Positions 35,027 through 43,711 of a stretch of DNA of 44,217 nucleotides are shown here, in pieces (within the stretch, counting starts at the first letter, position 1; each line of letters starts with the position of its first letter). The notes under the pieces were generated by a model. The model worked only from the letters and a program-made list of their open reading frames with translations. It had not been told where the DNA came from and did not search any database. The position numbers were made by a program, and so were the translations under genes. This DNA is from an uncultured Chloroflexota bacterium (lineage in GTDB: Bacteria; Chloroflexota; UBA11872; VXNJ01), in NCBI GenBank assembly GCA_964631365.1, contig CAZVZW010000002.1, positions 9,849 through 54,065 of the forward strand, read 5' to 3'.

Positions 35027-35100
35027 TCGGGGCGAAAGGATTTGAACCTTCGGCCTCATCGACCCGAACGATGCGCTCTGCCAAGCTGAGCTACGCCCCG
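35027..35100 (-). tRNA. tRNA-Pro (anticodon CGG)
   Basis: The reverse complement folds as a cloverleaf: acceptor CGGGGCG/CGCCCCG, D arm GCUC-AGCUUGGCA-GAGC, anticodon arm CAUCG-UUCGGGU-CGAUG (C34 G35 G36, G37), variable loop AGGCC, T arm GAAGG-UUCAAAU-CCUUU, discriminator A. 74 nt. CCA is not fully encoded. Confidence 0.92.
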
Positions 35101-35147
35101 CGAGGAGGCAGTTTAGCGGGTTGGCGGGCGGGCCGCCACGGGTTCTT

Positions 35148-36260
35148 TCAGGGGGTGCGGCGGATCGGGCTCAGCGCGCGAACGGCGGGCGCGAGGTGGT
35201 CGGAGATCGCCAGGCCGCCGAAGCCTGGCCCAGCGGTGATTGGGGCGGCGCCGGCGCCGGCGATGAGGGCCGCGAGAGCGTCAGGATCGACCCCGCTGGC
35301 AAAGCCTCGGCGTTGCAGTGGCAGCGACACAAAGGCGATGTTTTCAGGACCGGGCCAGCGGGCCAGTTCGGCCACGATGCGGCGTCCGGTGGCTGGTCCG
35401 CAGTTCCAGATGAGTATGGCTGCGGCGGCGGCGCAGGCCCGCAGCGCCGGCGGTTCGAGATCGGTCGCACCGATCGGGAAGCGCTCCTGCAGCAAAGACG
35501 CGAGGCGATCGACCCCGGCGGTGCGGCCGGCGAAGCGCACGGTGGCGGCGGTCGGGATGGTGGCGGTGCCGGCGAAGGTGAGACGTTCGACGATTTCCAG
35601 TTCAGCGTGCGCCAGGGCTAGCACCGCCGTCGTGTCGCCCGCATCGGATAGGGCGATGGTGACAGCCCGCCGGGCCTCGGGTTGCCGTTCGAGACGCAGC
35701 CGTAACGTGGCCGGGATGCCGATCTCGCCGCCGACCCCGGCGGCGGCGCGGGTCAACTCGTAGCCGGCCGAGTTCTTGATGGTTCCGCCACCGGCCGGGA
35801 TGCAGAGCCCGCCGCCGGCGATCAGGTCGGCGCCGAGGACCCAGTGCCGCAGGTCGGGGAAGCGCCCGGACCTTCCCAGCGCCAACCCGGACAGGAAGGA
35901 AGCGGCCAGGGTCGCGTGCCCGGGCAGGGGAGCGACCGGCCAGTAAAGGCCGAGCTGGGTCAGGGCGTCGCCGAGCGCGGCGTGGGTGACCCCGGGCTCG
36001 ACCAAAGCGGTCAGATTGTCGGCGTCGATATCGAAAATGCGGTCCAGGCGCCGCAGGCTCAGGCGGGCGGCGGGCGATGCTGGGGCATCGTCAAGCGACA
36101 GGCGAAACCGTCCCTCGGCAACCAGCCGCGCCAGACTCTCCAGCGCCTCGCTGGAACCGGGTGCGAGGACCGAAACGCCGGCCGCGTCCCGGGACAGGCC
36201 GTCACGACCTAGAATTGATTCGAGTTCATCCCTAGGGACCGAATCGCTGGCGATCTGCAA
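35148..36260 (-). CDS. FAD-binding PCMH-type oxidase subunit-like protein (GlcE-like)
   Basis: 370 aa. VLGADLIAGGGLCIPAGGGTIKNSAGYELTRAAAGVGGEIGIPATLRLRLERQP aligns by eye with the E. coli GlcE block (GGEVMKNVAGYDLSRL..G..G). The N-terminal part is divergent. Confidence 0.55.
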   Translation of the reverse strand: MQIASDSVPRDELESILGRDGLSRDAAGVSVLAPGSSEALESLARLVAEGRFRLSLDDAPASPAARLSLRRLDRIFDIDADNLTALVEPGVTHAALGDALTQLGLYWPVAPLPGHATLAASFLSGLALGRSGRFPDLRHWVLGADLIAGGGLCIPAGGGTIKNSAGYELTRAAAGVGGEIGIPATLRLRLERQPEARRAVTIALSDAGDTTAVLALAHAELEIVERLTFAGTATIPTAATVRFAGRTAGVDRLASLLQERFPIGATDLEPPALRACAAAAAILIWNCGPATGRRIVAELARWPGPENIAFVSLPLQRRGFASGVDPDALAALIAGAGAAPITAGPGFGGLAISDHLAPAVRALSPIRRTP

Positions 36261-36346
36261 TCAGCCTTCGTGGAGTCGGCGTGTGGCCCCGGTAGTGTAC
36301 GGCAGGACCCGGTCCCGAAGGTTCGGGATAATGTGAGGATTGATAC

Positions 36347-37723
36347 TTGCGGCACGTGATCGCGGCATTTGCCGGCAAGCTCGCCGGCACGGCCATCCGG
36401 CGCTCGGGCCGGGGCGGGGGCACGGCCACCCCGGGACTGATCGCCGATCGGGTTAGCCCGGGCTACCTGCACGAGTTGCTGCGGGCGATCCCGGGTGGCT
36501 ACGCACTGCTGTCGGGCACCAACGGCAAGACGACCTCGGCGGCGATGCTGGCCGCCGTGCTCGCCGAGTCGGGACAGCCGGTGATCGGCAACCCCAGCGG
36601 ATCGAACCTGGTGCGGGGGCTGCTGTCGGAGCTTTTACGGCGTACGGACTGGCGGGGGCGGCTGCGAGTCGAACCGGACACCGTCGGGGTGCTGGAAGTC
36701 GACGAGGCGGCGTTGATTCCGCTGCTGCCACCGGCGCTGCCCGAGGTCCTTCTACTGACGAATCTCTTTCGCGACCAGCTGGATCGGTACGGCGAACTGG
36801 ACTCCATCGCGCGGCGCTGGCGGACGGCGATCGGGGAGTCCGAAGGGCGATTCACCCTAGTAGCCAACGCCGATGACCCGGCGGTGACCCACGCGGCCGG
36901 CAGCCATCGCGGGGAGACGATCTTTTTCGGCGTCGAGGACTCGACCGGAGACGGCCCGGACGAGTGGGCTGACGCCACGCTCTGCCCGGTCTGCGGAGCG
37001 ATGCTGGACTACGCCCGCGTGAATTACTCGCATCTGGGGTACTACGAGTGCCCGGACTGCGGTTTCGCGCGGCCGGAAGCACGGGTGGTGGCGCGGGACA
37101 TCGAACGGCACGGCCTGGAGGCCACCTCGTTCGTAGTCGAGGCCGACGGCGAGCGGCTGCCGATGCGGCTGCGGCTGCCCGGGACCTACAACGTCTACAA
37201 CGCGGTGGGGGCGATGGCGGTGGCGGGGGCGATGGGCGCCGGCGGCGAGGCCATGCGCCGGGCCCTGGAAGGCTTCGCGCCGGCCTTTGGGCGCGCCGAG
37301 GAGGCGCGGGTCGACGGCCAGCACCTCACGCTGCTGCTGATCAAGAATCCCACCGGCGCCAACGAAGTGATCCGCTCGCTGGCCGGGTTGGAAGGTGAAG
37401 AGGATTACCTGGTGCTCCTCAACGACCAGGTGGCCGACGGCGAGGATGTCTCCTGGATCTGGGATGTGGGCTTCGGCCGGCTGCGACCGCGCTCGATGGT
37501 GGTTTCCGGGCGGCGGGCGGCGGATATGGCGCTGCGTCTCAAATATGCCGGACTCGATCCGGTCCGAGGAATCGCGACAGAGCCTGACCTGGCGGCGGCG
37601 CTGGATCGGGCGCTGGCCGGGGCGACCGGACGGCTCTACGTGCTGACCACCTACACGGCGATGCTGGAATTCCGCGCGCTGCTGGTCCGGCGCGGGGCAT
37701 TGCGGGAGTACTGGCAGGAATGA
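36347..37723 (+). CDS. murT: lipid II isoglutaminyl synthase, Mur-ligase-like subunit MurT
   Basis: 458 aa with a TTG start. Mur ligase P-loop GTNGKTT, Cys4 ribbon CPVCG...CPDCG, and a C-terminal DUF1727-like domain. Overlaps gatD by 4 nt. Confidence 0.85.
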   Translation: MRHVIAAFAGKLAGTAIRRSGRGGGTATPGLIADRVSPGYLHELLRAIPGGYALLSGTNGKTTSAAMLAAVLAESGQPVIGNPSGSNLVRGLLSELLRRTDWRGRLRVEPDTVGVLEVDEAALIPLLPPALPEVLLLTNLFRDQLDRYGELDSIARRWRTAIGESEGRFTLVANADDPAVTHAAGSHRGETIFFGVEDSTGDGPDEWADATLCPVCGAMLDYARVNYSHLGYYECPDCGFARPEARVVARDIERHGLEATSFVVEADGERLPMRLRLPGTYNVYNAVGAMAVAGAMGAGGEAMRRALEGFAPAFGRAEEARVDGQHLTLLLIKNPTGANEVIRSLAGLEGEEDYLVLLNDQVADGEDVSWIWDVGFGRLRPRSMVVSGRRAADMALRLKYAGLDPVRGIATEPDLAAALDRALAGATGRLYVLTTYTAMLEFRALLVRRGALREYWQE

Positions 37724-38475
37724 AGCTGACGGTGGGACACCTGTACCCCGAGTTGATGAACATCTATGCCGATCGCGGCAACGTGGAGTGCCTGCGGCGA
37801 CGCTGCGAGTGGCGGGGGATCGAGGTCGATGTCCGGGCGATCACCGCCGGCGGCGCCTTCGCGCCGGATGAGATTGACATAATCCTTCTGGGTGGCGGGC
37901 AGGATCGGCAGCAACGGGCGGCCAGCGAGGATCTGGAGGAGGCCACCGGCGACTGCGTGCGCGGCGCGGTGGAGGCAGGGGCGGTGTTGCTGGGTATTTG
38001 CGGCGGCTACCAGTTGCTGGGGAACGTCTATGTGGATGCCGACGGGACGGAACTGACCGGACTGGGCCTGCTGGACCTGGAGACGCGGCACCCGGGATTC
38101 GAGGCGGCGCGCTGCATCGGGAATATCGCGATGGAGTGGGAGGGCGGGACGCTGGTCGGGTTCGAGAATCACGGCGGGCGGACCTACCTGGGAGCGACGG
38201 CTGCGCCGCTGGGACGGGTGTTGTCCGGCGGGGGCAACAACGCCGAAGATGGCGGCGAGGGGGCCGTGCGTGACCGGGTATTCGGGACCTACCTGCACGG
38301 ATCGCTGCTGCCGAAGAACGCGCACTTTGCGGATCACCTACTGCAACTGGCGATCAATCGTCGGGACCCGGGCTTTGAGCTTGCCCCCCTGGAAGATGCG
38401 GCCGAGTGGTCGGCGCACCGGGCGGTGCTGTCGCTGCTGGGGATTCGTGAAACGGGCGGTGGCGGAGCGGGCTAG
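37720..38475 (+). CDS. gatD: lipid II isoglutaminyl synthase, glutaminase subunit GatD (CobB/CobQ-like GATase)
   Basis: 251 aa. MKLTVGHLYPELMNIYADRGN N-terminus, nucleophile GICGGYQLLG, and His in TYLHGSLLPKN. Confidence 0.85.
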   Translation: MKLTVGHLYPELMNIYADRGNVECLRRRCEWRGIEVDVRAITAGGAFAPDEIDIILLGGGQDRQQRAASEDLEEATGDCVRGAVEAGAVLLGICGGYQLLGNVYVDADGTELTGLGLLDLETRHPGFEAARCIGNIAMEWEGGTLVGFENHGGRTYLGATAAPLGRVLSGGGNNAEDGGEGAVRDRVFGTYLHGSLLPKNAHFADHLLQLAINRRDPGFELAPLEDAAEWSAHRAVLSLLGIRETGGGGAG

Positions 38476-39395
38476 CTGGAAGGGTGGCGTGCGACGAAAT
38501 CCCGGAACAGACGGGCGACCTCGTCGGGGCGCTCGTTCGCTGGAAAGTGGCCGCAGCCTGGCAGCAGATTCAGATCGCCGCCGGTCTGCATGCGCAGCCG
38601 TTCAGCGACGATGGCAGGAGCCAGGCGGTCGTCGAGGCCGCGGACGATGAGCAGCGGTTTGCCGGGTGGGGGTGAGAAGTCATCGCTGTCAGTGAGATTA
38701 CCGGCGGTGAGGGACGCCGCCAGGGCGTTGGCAGAACCCGCGGTGCGGGCCGGGATCATGAAGGCATCCAACAGGGTCTGGTCGACTTGCCGGCCCGGCC
38801 CGGCGGCCGCTCGCAGGGCAACGCCGACCAGCCGGCGGCTGCGCAGAGCGGTCGTGGTCAGGTTGGCGATACGCAGCGCCCAATCTTCGGAAATGCCGGG
38901 CGGGCCGGCTTTGAGCACCGGGGCGAGTAGGGCGGCGCCGGCAAAGAGGTCGGGGCGCTGGGCCATCGCGGCTAGGGCGACGCGGGCGCTGGCCGAGGTG
39001 GCGACGAGCCAGGCTGATTCGGCACCGATCTGCGTCGCGAAGGCGGTGACGGCGCGGGCCTGGGCGGCCGGCGCGTAGTTGCGGTCGGCCGGCTTGTCGG
39101 ACAGGCCGGAGCCGGGCAGGTCGACGGCAAAGGACGTGAAATGCGGTTCGAGGCGGGCGGTGAGATCAGCCCAGACGCCGGCGGAGCCGAGCAGACCATG
39201 AATGAAGATGACCGGCGGGCCGGACCCGCGCTCCTCAAAGTGCAGGCGGACGCCGTCGGCTTCGACAAAGCGGCCGCCGGCGACGAGGGCATCGGTGGCG
39301 GTAGGTTCCGACGAGGCGTTCAGCAGAGCGCTAAGGCGGCGGAATGCCCAGGCCAGACCGGCGAGCAACCCGAGGCGAATAATCCAGCGCATCAA
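38472..39395 (-). CDS. alpha/beta hydrolase fold protein with N-terminal membrane anchor or signal
   Basis: 307 aa. MMRWIIRLGLLAGLAWAF anchor, oxyanion-region FIHGLLGS, an atypical nucleophile elbow VATSASA, and C-terminal GCGHFP (catalytic His). Confidence 0.75.
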   Translation of the reverse strand: MMRWIIRLGLLAGLAWAFRRLSALLNASSEPTATDALVAGGRFVEADGVRLHFEERGSGPPVIFIHGLLGSAGVWADLTARLEPHFTSFAVDLPGSGLSDKPADRNYAPAAQARAVTAFATQIGAESAWLVATSASARVALAAMAQRPDLFAGAALLAPVLKAGPPGISEDWALRIANLTTTALRSRRLVGVALRAAAGPGRQVDQTLLDAFMIPARTAGSANALAASLTAGNLTDSDDFSPPPGKPLLIVRGLDDRLAPAIVAERLRMQTGGDLNLLPGCGHFPANERPDEVARLFRDFVARHPSS

Positions 39396-39407
39396 CGGGC
39401 GGCGCGG

Positions 39408-40712
39408 CTACCGCGGAAACCCGGCGAGCAGGTCGTCGTAGGTCTCGCGGCGGCGGGACAGACGGGCCTGGCCATCGTTGACGACGACCACCGCCGGTCG
39501 CAAGGACATGTTGTAGTTGCTGGCCAGCGCTAGGCTGTAGGCCCCGGCGGTGGGCATTGCCAGCAGGTCGCCGCGCCGCAGGTCTGGCAGGTCGATGTCG
39601 TGGATCAGGATGTCGCCGCTCTCGCAGTAGCGCCCGACGATGGTGACCGTGGAGGTGGGGCCTGTTGGGGCGCGACCGGCGAGGATGGCGGTGTATTCAG
39701 CCTGGTAGAGGGCAGGCCGGATGTTGTCGGCCATGCCGCCATCGACGGCCACGTAGGTGCGGACGCCCGGGATGGTCTTGACGGTGCCGACCCCGTACAT
39801 GGCGACGCCGGCCGGGGCGATGATCGAGCGGCCGGGTTCTAGGATCAGTTCGGGCTCGTGGCCCGGGGGCAGGGCGGCCCGGACCGCATCGGTGATGGCT
39901 GTTACCAGCCGGCCGATGTCGAGTCCATCGTCAGCGCCGACGTAGCGGACCCCGCCGCCCCCGCCCGGGGATAGCACCGAGAAGGTGGCGCCGTGGCGCT
40001 CCTGCATGGCGAGCGCGAACTCGACAAGGGTGGTGGAGTTATCGGCCAGGGGCTCGACATCGAAGATCTGCGAGCCGATGTGCGCGTGGTAGCCGATCAA
40101 CTCGATGCCCGGGCTGTCCAGCGCCAACCGGACGAGGCGCTCGGCGTCGCCGGTGGAGATCGGCGTGCCGAATTTGGAATCGAGCATGCCGGTGCGTATG
40201 TATTCGTGGGTGTGGGCGGAGATGCCCGGGGTCAGTCGTAGGATTACGCGGGCGGTGCGGCCGGTCTCGGCGGCGAGGGCAGAAAGCGCGCGGAGGTCGT
40301 CTTCCCCATCCACGGCGAAGCGGCCGACCCCGGCGTCGAGCGCGAGTGCGATTTCGGCCGGGAGCTTGTTATTACCGTGAAAGACGATGTCCGCGGCCGG
40401 GAAGCCGGCCGCGAGCGCCAGCGTGATCTCGCCGCCGCTGACGGCGTCCAGTCCCAGGCCTTCTTCGCGAACAATCCCCAGAATGGTGGGATCCAAGTAG
40501 GCCTTGCCGGCGTAGGTGATGCTGGAGTTTGGGTAGCGCTCACGGAGCGGCCGCGAGTAGGCGTGGCAGTTGGCGCGGATGGTCGCCTCGTCATAGATGT
40601 AGAGCGGGGTGCCGAATTGGGCGGCGAGGTCGACTACGTCGCAGCCGCCGACGGTCAGGTGGCCGGCGGCGTCGCGGACGGTATCGATCGGGAAGATATC
40701 GAGTTCGTTCAT
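39408..40712 (-). CDS. lysA: diaminopimelate decarboxylase
   Basis: 434 aa starting from MNELDIFPI. Fold-type III PLP enzyme: YAGKAY (PLP Lys), HAHIGSQ, EPGRSI and CESGD motifs. The track ORF start 40832 adds 40 unlikely codons. Confidence 0.9.
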   Translation of the reverse strand: MNELDIFPIDTVRDAAGHLTVGGCDVVDLAAQFGTPLYIYDEATIRANCHAYSRPLRERYPNSSITYAGKAYLDPTILGIVREEGLGLDAVSGGEITLALAAGFPAADIVFHGNNKLPAEIALALDAGVGRFAVDGEDDLRALSALAAETGRTARVILRLTPGISAHTHEYIRTGMLDSKFGTPISTGDAERLVRLALDSPGIELIGYHAHIGSQIFDVEPLADNSTTLVEFALAMQERHGATFSVLSPGGGGGVRYVGADDGLDIGRLVTAITDAVRAALPPGHEPELILEPGRSIIAPAGVAMYGVGTVKTIPGVRTYVAVDGGMADNIRPALYQAEYTAILAGRAPTGPTSTVTIVGRYCESGDILIHDIDLPDLRRGDLLAMPTAGAYSLALASNYNMSLRPAVVVVNDGQARLSRRRETYDDLLAGFPR

Positions 40713-40865
40713 GATGAGGTTGGGAATGGGTTGGCGCCGGTGGGGCGACAAGCGGGGACGCTGCGGGAAGTCTAGGCGGCGCACGCCGGTGGCGTCACCT
40801 GAATACGGCGGCGACCGGGCGTCACCCCCCACTGGCCGGCGGCGTCGGCAAAGCGGCCGCGCTGT

Positions 40866-42326
40866 CTAGCGGGCGGCGGCTTCCTTGGCCAGCCGGGCCT
40901 CGGCCTTTTTGCGCTTGCGCAGTTCACGCTGGCTCCTGGTGGAGGCCGGCGTAGCGGAGGCGGAGGAGGCCTGCCCCACCAGGGCGGTGCCCGAAGCGAT
41001 GGCTTCGCGGAACCTATGCCCGCCGGGCCGCAGGGACGCTAGGGTGAGCGAGGCCATCTGGAGCGACCATGCCCGAAAGAGCTTGGCGGTTGTGGGAGCG
41101 CTGCGATGGCGGGCGTTGATCATGACGATCATGTCGCTCGGCTCCCAGCGCGCCGGCGGGTCGTCGGGTCCGTCGCTGAGGCTGAAGTCGACGCGAATGC
41201 CGGGTCGGCCGAGGCGCAGTTTGGACTCGGCATCGCTCGTGCCGGCGCGATAGGGGATGTCCAGGACGTCCCAGCGTTCGCCGGTCTCTTGCTTCTTTTC
41301 GTGAATCGGGGCCAGCTCGGGGCGCCCACGGACAGCCTTGGATAGGCGCTGGGTGAGGTCGCTGGAGAGGCGCGCCAGCCAGCGGGGATCGCGCCGACCC
41401 TCTATTCTAGCCTCGCCGAGGGTGCCGAGAATCAGCTGCCGGGCGGCTTTGAGGAAGGCACGGGTAGGGCCGCGATTCGCCAGTCGCAAGGAGCCGGGCT
41501 GGTATTCGAACCAGTTGCCCGTCTGGAACCAGCCGCTCAGGCGACCAAGGTTGGTGGTGCGGACCGGCAGGCCGAGGGTGCCGCGGTAGGCGACGGTTTC
41601 GCCCTGGATGATATCCACGCCGGGAGCCGCGGAGCGGACCCGGCCCTTCGGCACCGAGTCGAGCAGGCTCAGGCGATACCTGACGGAGCCCTTGTGCTCT
41701 TCGCCGGCCTCGCGCCAGGCAAAGGGCAGGTCGCCCTCGGTAAGCAGCGAGCCGGCGTAGGTTCGGGTTGAGACCGGGGCGCGGCCGGCGCCATCATCCA
41801 GGTAGACGGTCAGGTTGCGGCCGAGCGGCAGGCGCTGGAGCGCACCGACAATGCGCACGTCCTGCATGTCGGTCCGCAGCCCCCGGGCTACAAACACGAC
41901 GGGTTCACCCGAGGGCAGGTCCGATGCGACGGTGGCCGAATCCGCGGCGAGTCGAGCGGTGCCGGGGTCCCAGCGGACGATCGTGGCGCTTGGCTGTCCG
42001 CGGGTGGCGATTTCAAGTTGTTCGGCAGCGGTGGCCGGAGGCAACAGGTTTAGCTTGGATTCGGCGGCACCTGCCGCGCCCAGCAGCGACTGCAGCGTGG
42101 CCTCGTCGGGAGCGCGGCCGTCGTGGGAGCAGAAGAGATTGCGCGGTCGGCCCGAGTCGTCCCGGGTGATGGTGATGGAAATCGTGCGGGCACCGGCTTC
42201 GAGGGCCAGGGTGCCAAGGCCGAACAAGATGGTGCCCATGTTGCCGGGATCGAGGCGCGGAATCTGCTCCAGCGCACTCGGGGATAGGGATAGTTCGGCG
42301 GCTCTAGCAGTCATTGATCGACCCAC
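40866..42326 (-). CDS. hypothetical protein (orphan; weak GHKL/HATPase_c_3-like N-terminal layout; basic C-terminal tail)
   Basis: 486-aa ORF with protein-like composition. LALEAGARTISITITRDDSG...SHDGRAPDEATLQSLLG loosely mirrors E..N..DAGA..I.I....DNG.GM of MORC/Hsp90-like ATPases, but the key residues are not evident. It ends in RELRKRKKAEARLAKEAAAR. Confidence 0.55.
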   Translation of the reverse strand: MGRSMTARAAELSLSPSALEQIPRLDPGNMGTILFGLGTLALEAGARTISITITRDDSGRPRNLFCSHDGRAPDEATLQSLLGAAGAAESKLNLLPPATAAEQLEIATRGQPSATIVRWDPGTARLAADSATVASDLPSGEPVVFVARGLRTDMQDVRIVGALQRLPLGRNLTVYLDDGAGRAPVSTRTYAGSLLTEGDLPFAWREAGEEHKGSVRYRLSLLDSVPKGRVRSAAPGVDIIQGETVAYRGTLGLPVRTTNLGRLSGWFQTGNWFEYQPGSLRLANRGPTRAFLKAARQLILGTLGEARIEGRRDPRWLARLSSDLTQRLSKAVRGRPELAPIHEKKQETGERWDVLDIPYRAGTSDAESKLRLGRPGIRVDFSLSDGPDDPPARWEPSDMIVMINARHRSAPTTAKLFRAWSLQMASLTLASLRPGGHRFREAIASGTALVGQASSASATPASTRSQRELRKRKKAEARLAKEAAAR

Positions 42327-42646
42327 AATCCGGATAGTTCAGTTTCATATTGCGTGCTCGCTGCATTGTACGAAAGTCTCCGTAGATCGCCCTCTTACCA
42401 TTCACATTCCATTACCCGGTTTGCTCCCCACACCAGCCATAGCATGTTCCCCGAGGCACCAACCCTGAAGGACACACACACTGATTGGACCGGGGCGTGC
42501 ATCGCTCCCTGGGAGCGCCTTCCACTTGCTTGCCGGTCACCGTAGTCTGGCCACGCCTTCTCTGGGCCACGTAACTAACGGCGCGGCCATTTCAGACTAC
42601 GGATTGAAGACGGCCGGTCCCGCGTGGCGGGGCCAGGCGGCTTCGG

Positions 42647-43711
42647 CTACAGGCCCTCGCCACCCCATTCGAGGACGAACGCGCCTTCGGCGTCGAATCG
42701 CTGGATCCGGTTGTTGCCGGTGTCGGCGACGTAGACGCCGATCACGCCGGCCTGGATGCCGGTTGGGCCATTGAACTCACCGGGCCCGGCGCCCTCGCCC
42801 CCCCATTTGAGATGGAGGGCGCCGTCGATGCCAAAGCGGCGAATCTCGTTCTCTTCGGGCATAATCACGAAGTACCGTTCTTTGCGGTCGACCGAGAAGC
42901 GACCGGGCATGGTGTCCACGCCTTCGAGGTCGGCGCGGAATTCCAGGCCGGTGTCGTCGCGCGAGCGTCCGAATCCTCCGGCGAGCCATTCGTAGATCTT
43001 GGCGACGCCTTCGTCGGGCAACCAGAGCAGGGCAAAGACCTCACCGGAGATCGGGACCACGGTGATGCCGGTCCAGATTCCGCCGGGCTCGGGCGATTCG
43101 ATCAGTTCCTCGCCGCTGCCATCAAGGGCGACGTAGGTGCGCATCTCGCCAATGTCGTTGATGGTGAAGGGCTGACCCTCGGCGCTGGCGCGGAGCTGGC
43201 GCATGCCGGTGGCGGTCCAGATGGTGGGCTTGGGTAGATAACCCTCGGGGTTGCCCAGGTAGAGGCCGTATTTTTGGATACGACTATTGCCGGAGTCGAC
43301 GACCCAGAGTTGACGGCTGCGGTCCTGGGTGGTGTCGGTGGGGGCATCGAACGCCCAGTCATCAGTGGGGGTGGCACCGTCGGTCCAGAAGTGGAAAACG
43401 CCGTTCTTGTCGAATTCGTAGAGCTTGTTGTCGCCGGTGACGACGTAGATGTCCTTGCGTTCGTCGTTTTGCCCAATGCCGATAGGGGCAACCATAGGCG
43501 CGGGTTCCAGATGGAACGGGGGCCCACCGGCCAGTTCGACCGAGGGGCCTCCACCGCTGCGCTCTGAGGCGGCAGTTTCAATGCCGCCCTTGAGGCGCTC
43601 GGGGTCGGCGGCGCCTTCTCCGACTCCGCAGGCGGCGACGGCTAGGGTGGCTGAGGCCGAGAGAAGGCCGACGAAGGCGCGCCGGCTCATCCGGCTGGAA
43701 TCTATTTTCAT
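42647..43711 (-). CDS. TAT-signal lipoprotein with NHL-repeat beta-propeller
   Basis: 354 aa starting from MKIDSSRMSRRAFVGLLSASATLAVAAC (twin-Arg plus lipobox). Repeated ...Y V(A/V)D.GN.RIQ(K/R)F... units (WVVDSGNSRIQKY, YVADTGNNRIQRF) are typical NHL blades. Confidence 0.75.
   Translation of the reverse strand: MKIDSSRMSRRAFVGLLSASATLAVAACGVGEGAADPERLKGGIETAASERSGGGPSVELAGGPPFHLEPAPMVAPIGIGQNDERKDIYVVTGDNKLYEFDKNGVFHFWTDGATPTDDWAFDAPTDTTQDRSRQLWVVDSGNSRIQKYGLYLGNPEGYLPKPTIWTATGMRQLRASAEGQPFTINDIGEMRTYVALDGSGEELIESPEPGGIWTGITVVPISGEVFALLWLPDEGVAKIYEWLAGGFGRSRDDTGLEFRADLEGVDTMPGRFSVDRKERYFVIMPEENEIRRFGIDGALHLKWGGEGAGPGEFNGPTGIQAGVIGVYVADTGNNRIQRFDAEGAFVLEWGGEGL

Noticed and set aside
34840-35763. 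307-aa plus-strand ORF overlapping tRNA-Pro and antisense to the GlcE-like gene.
   Set aside because: It runs straight through a well-folded tRNA gene and is Ala/Arg/Ser-rich. It is a shadow ORF.
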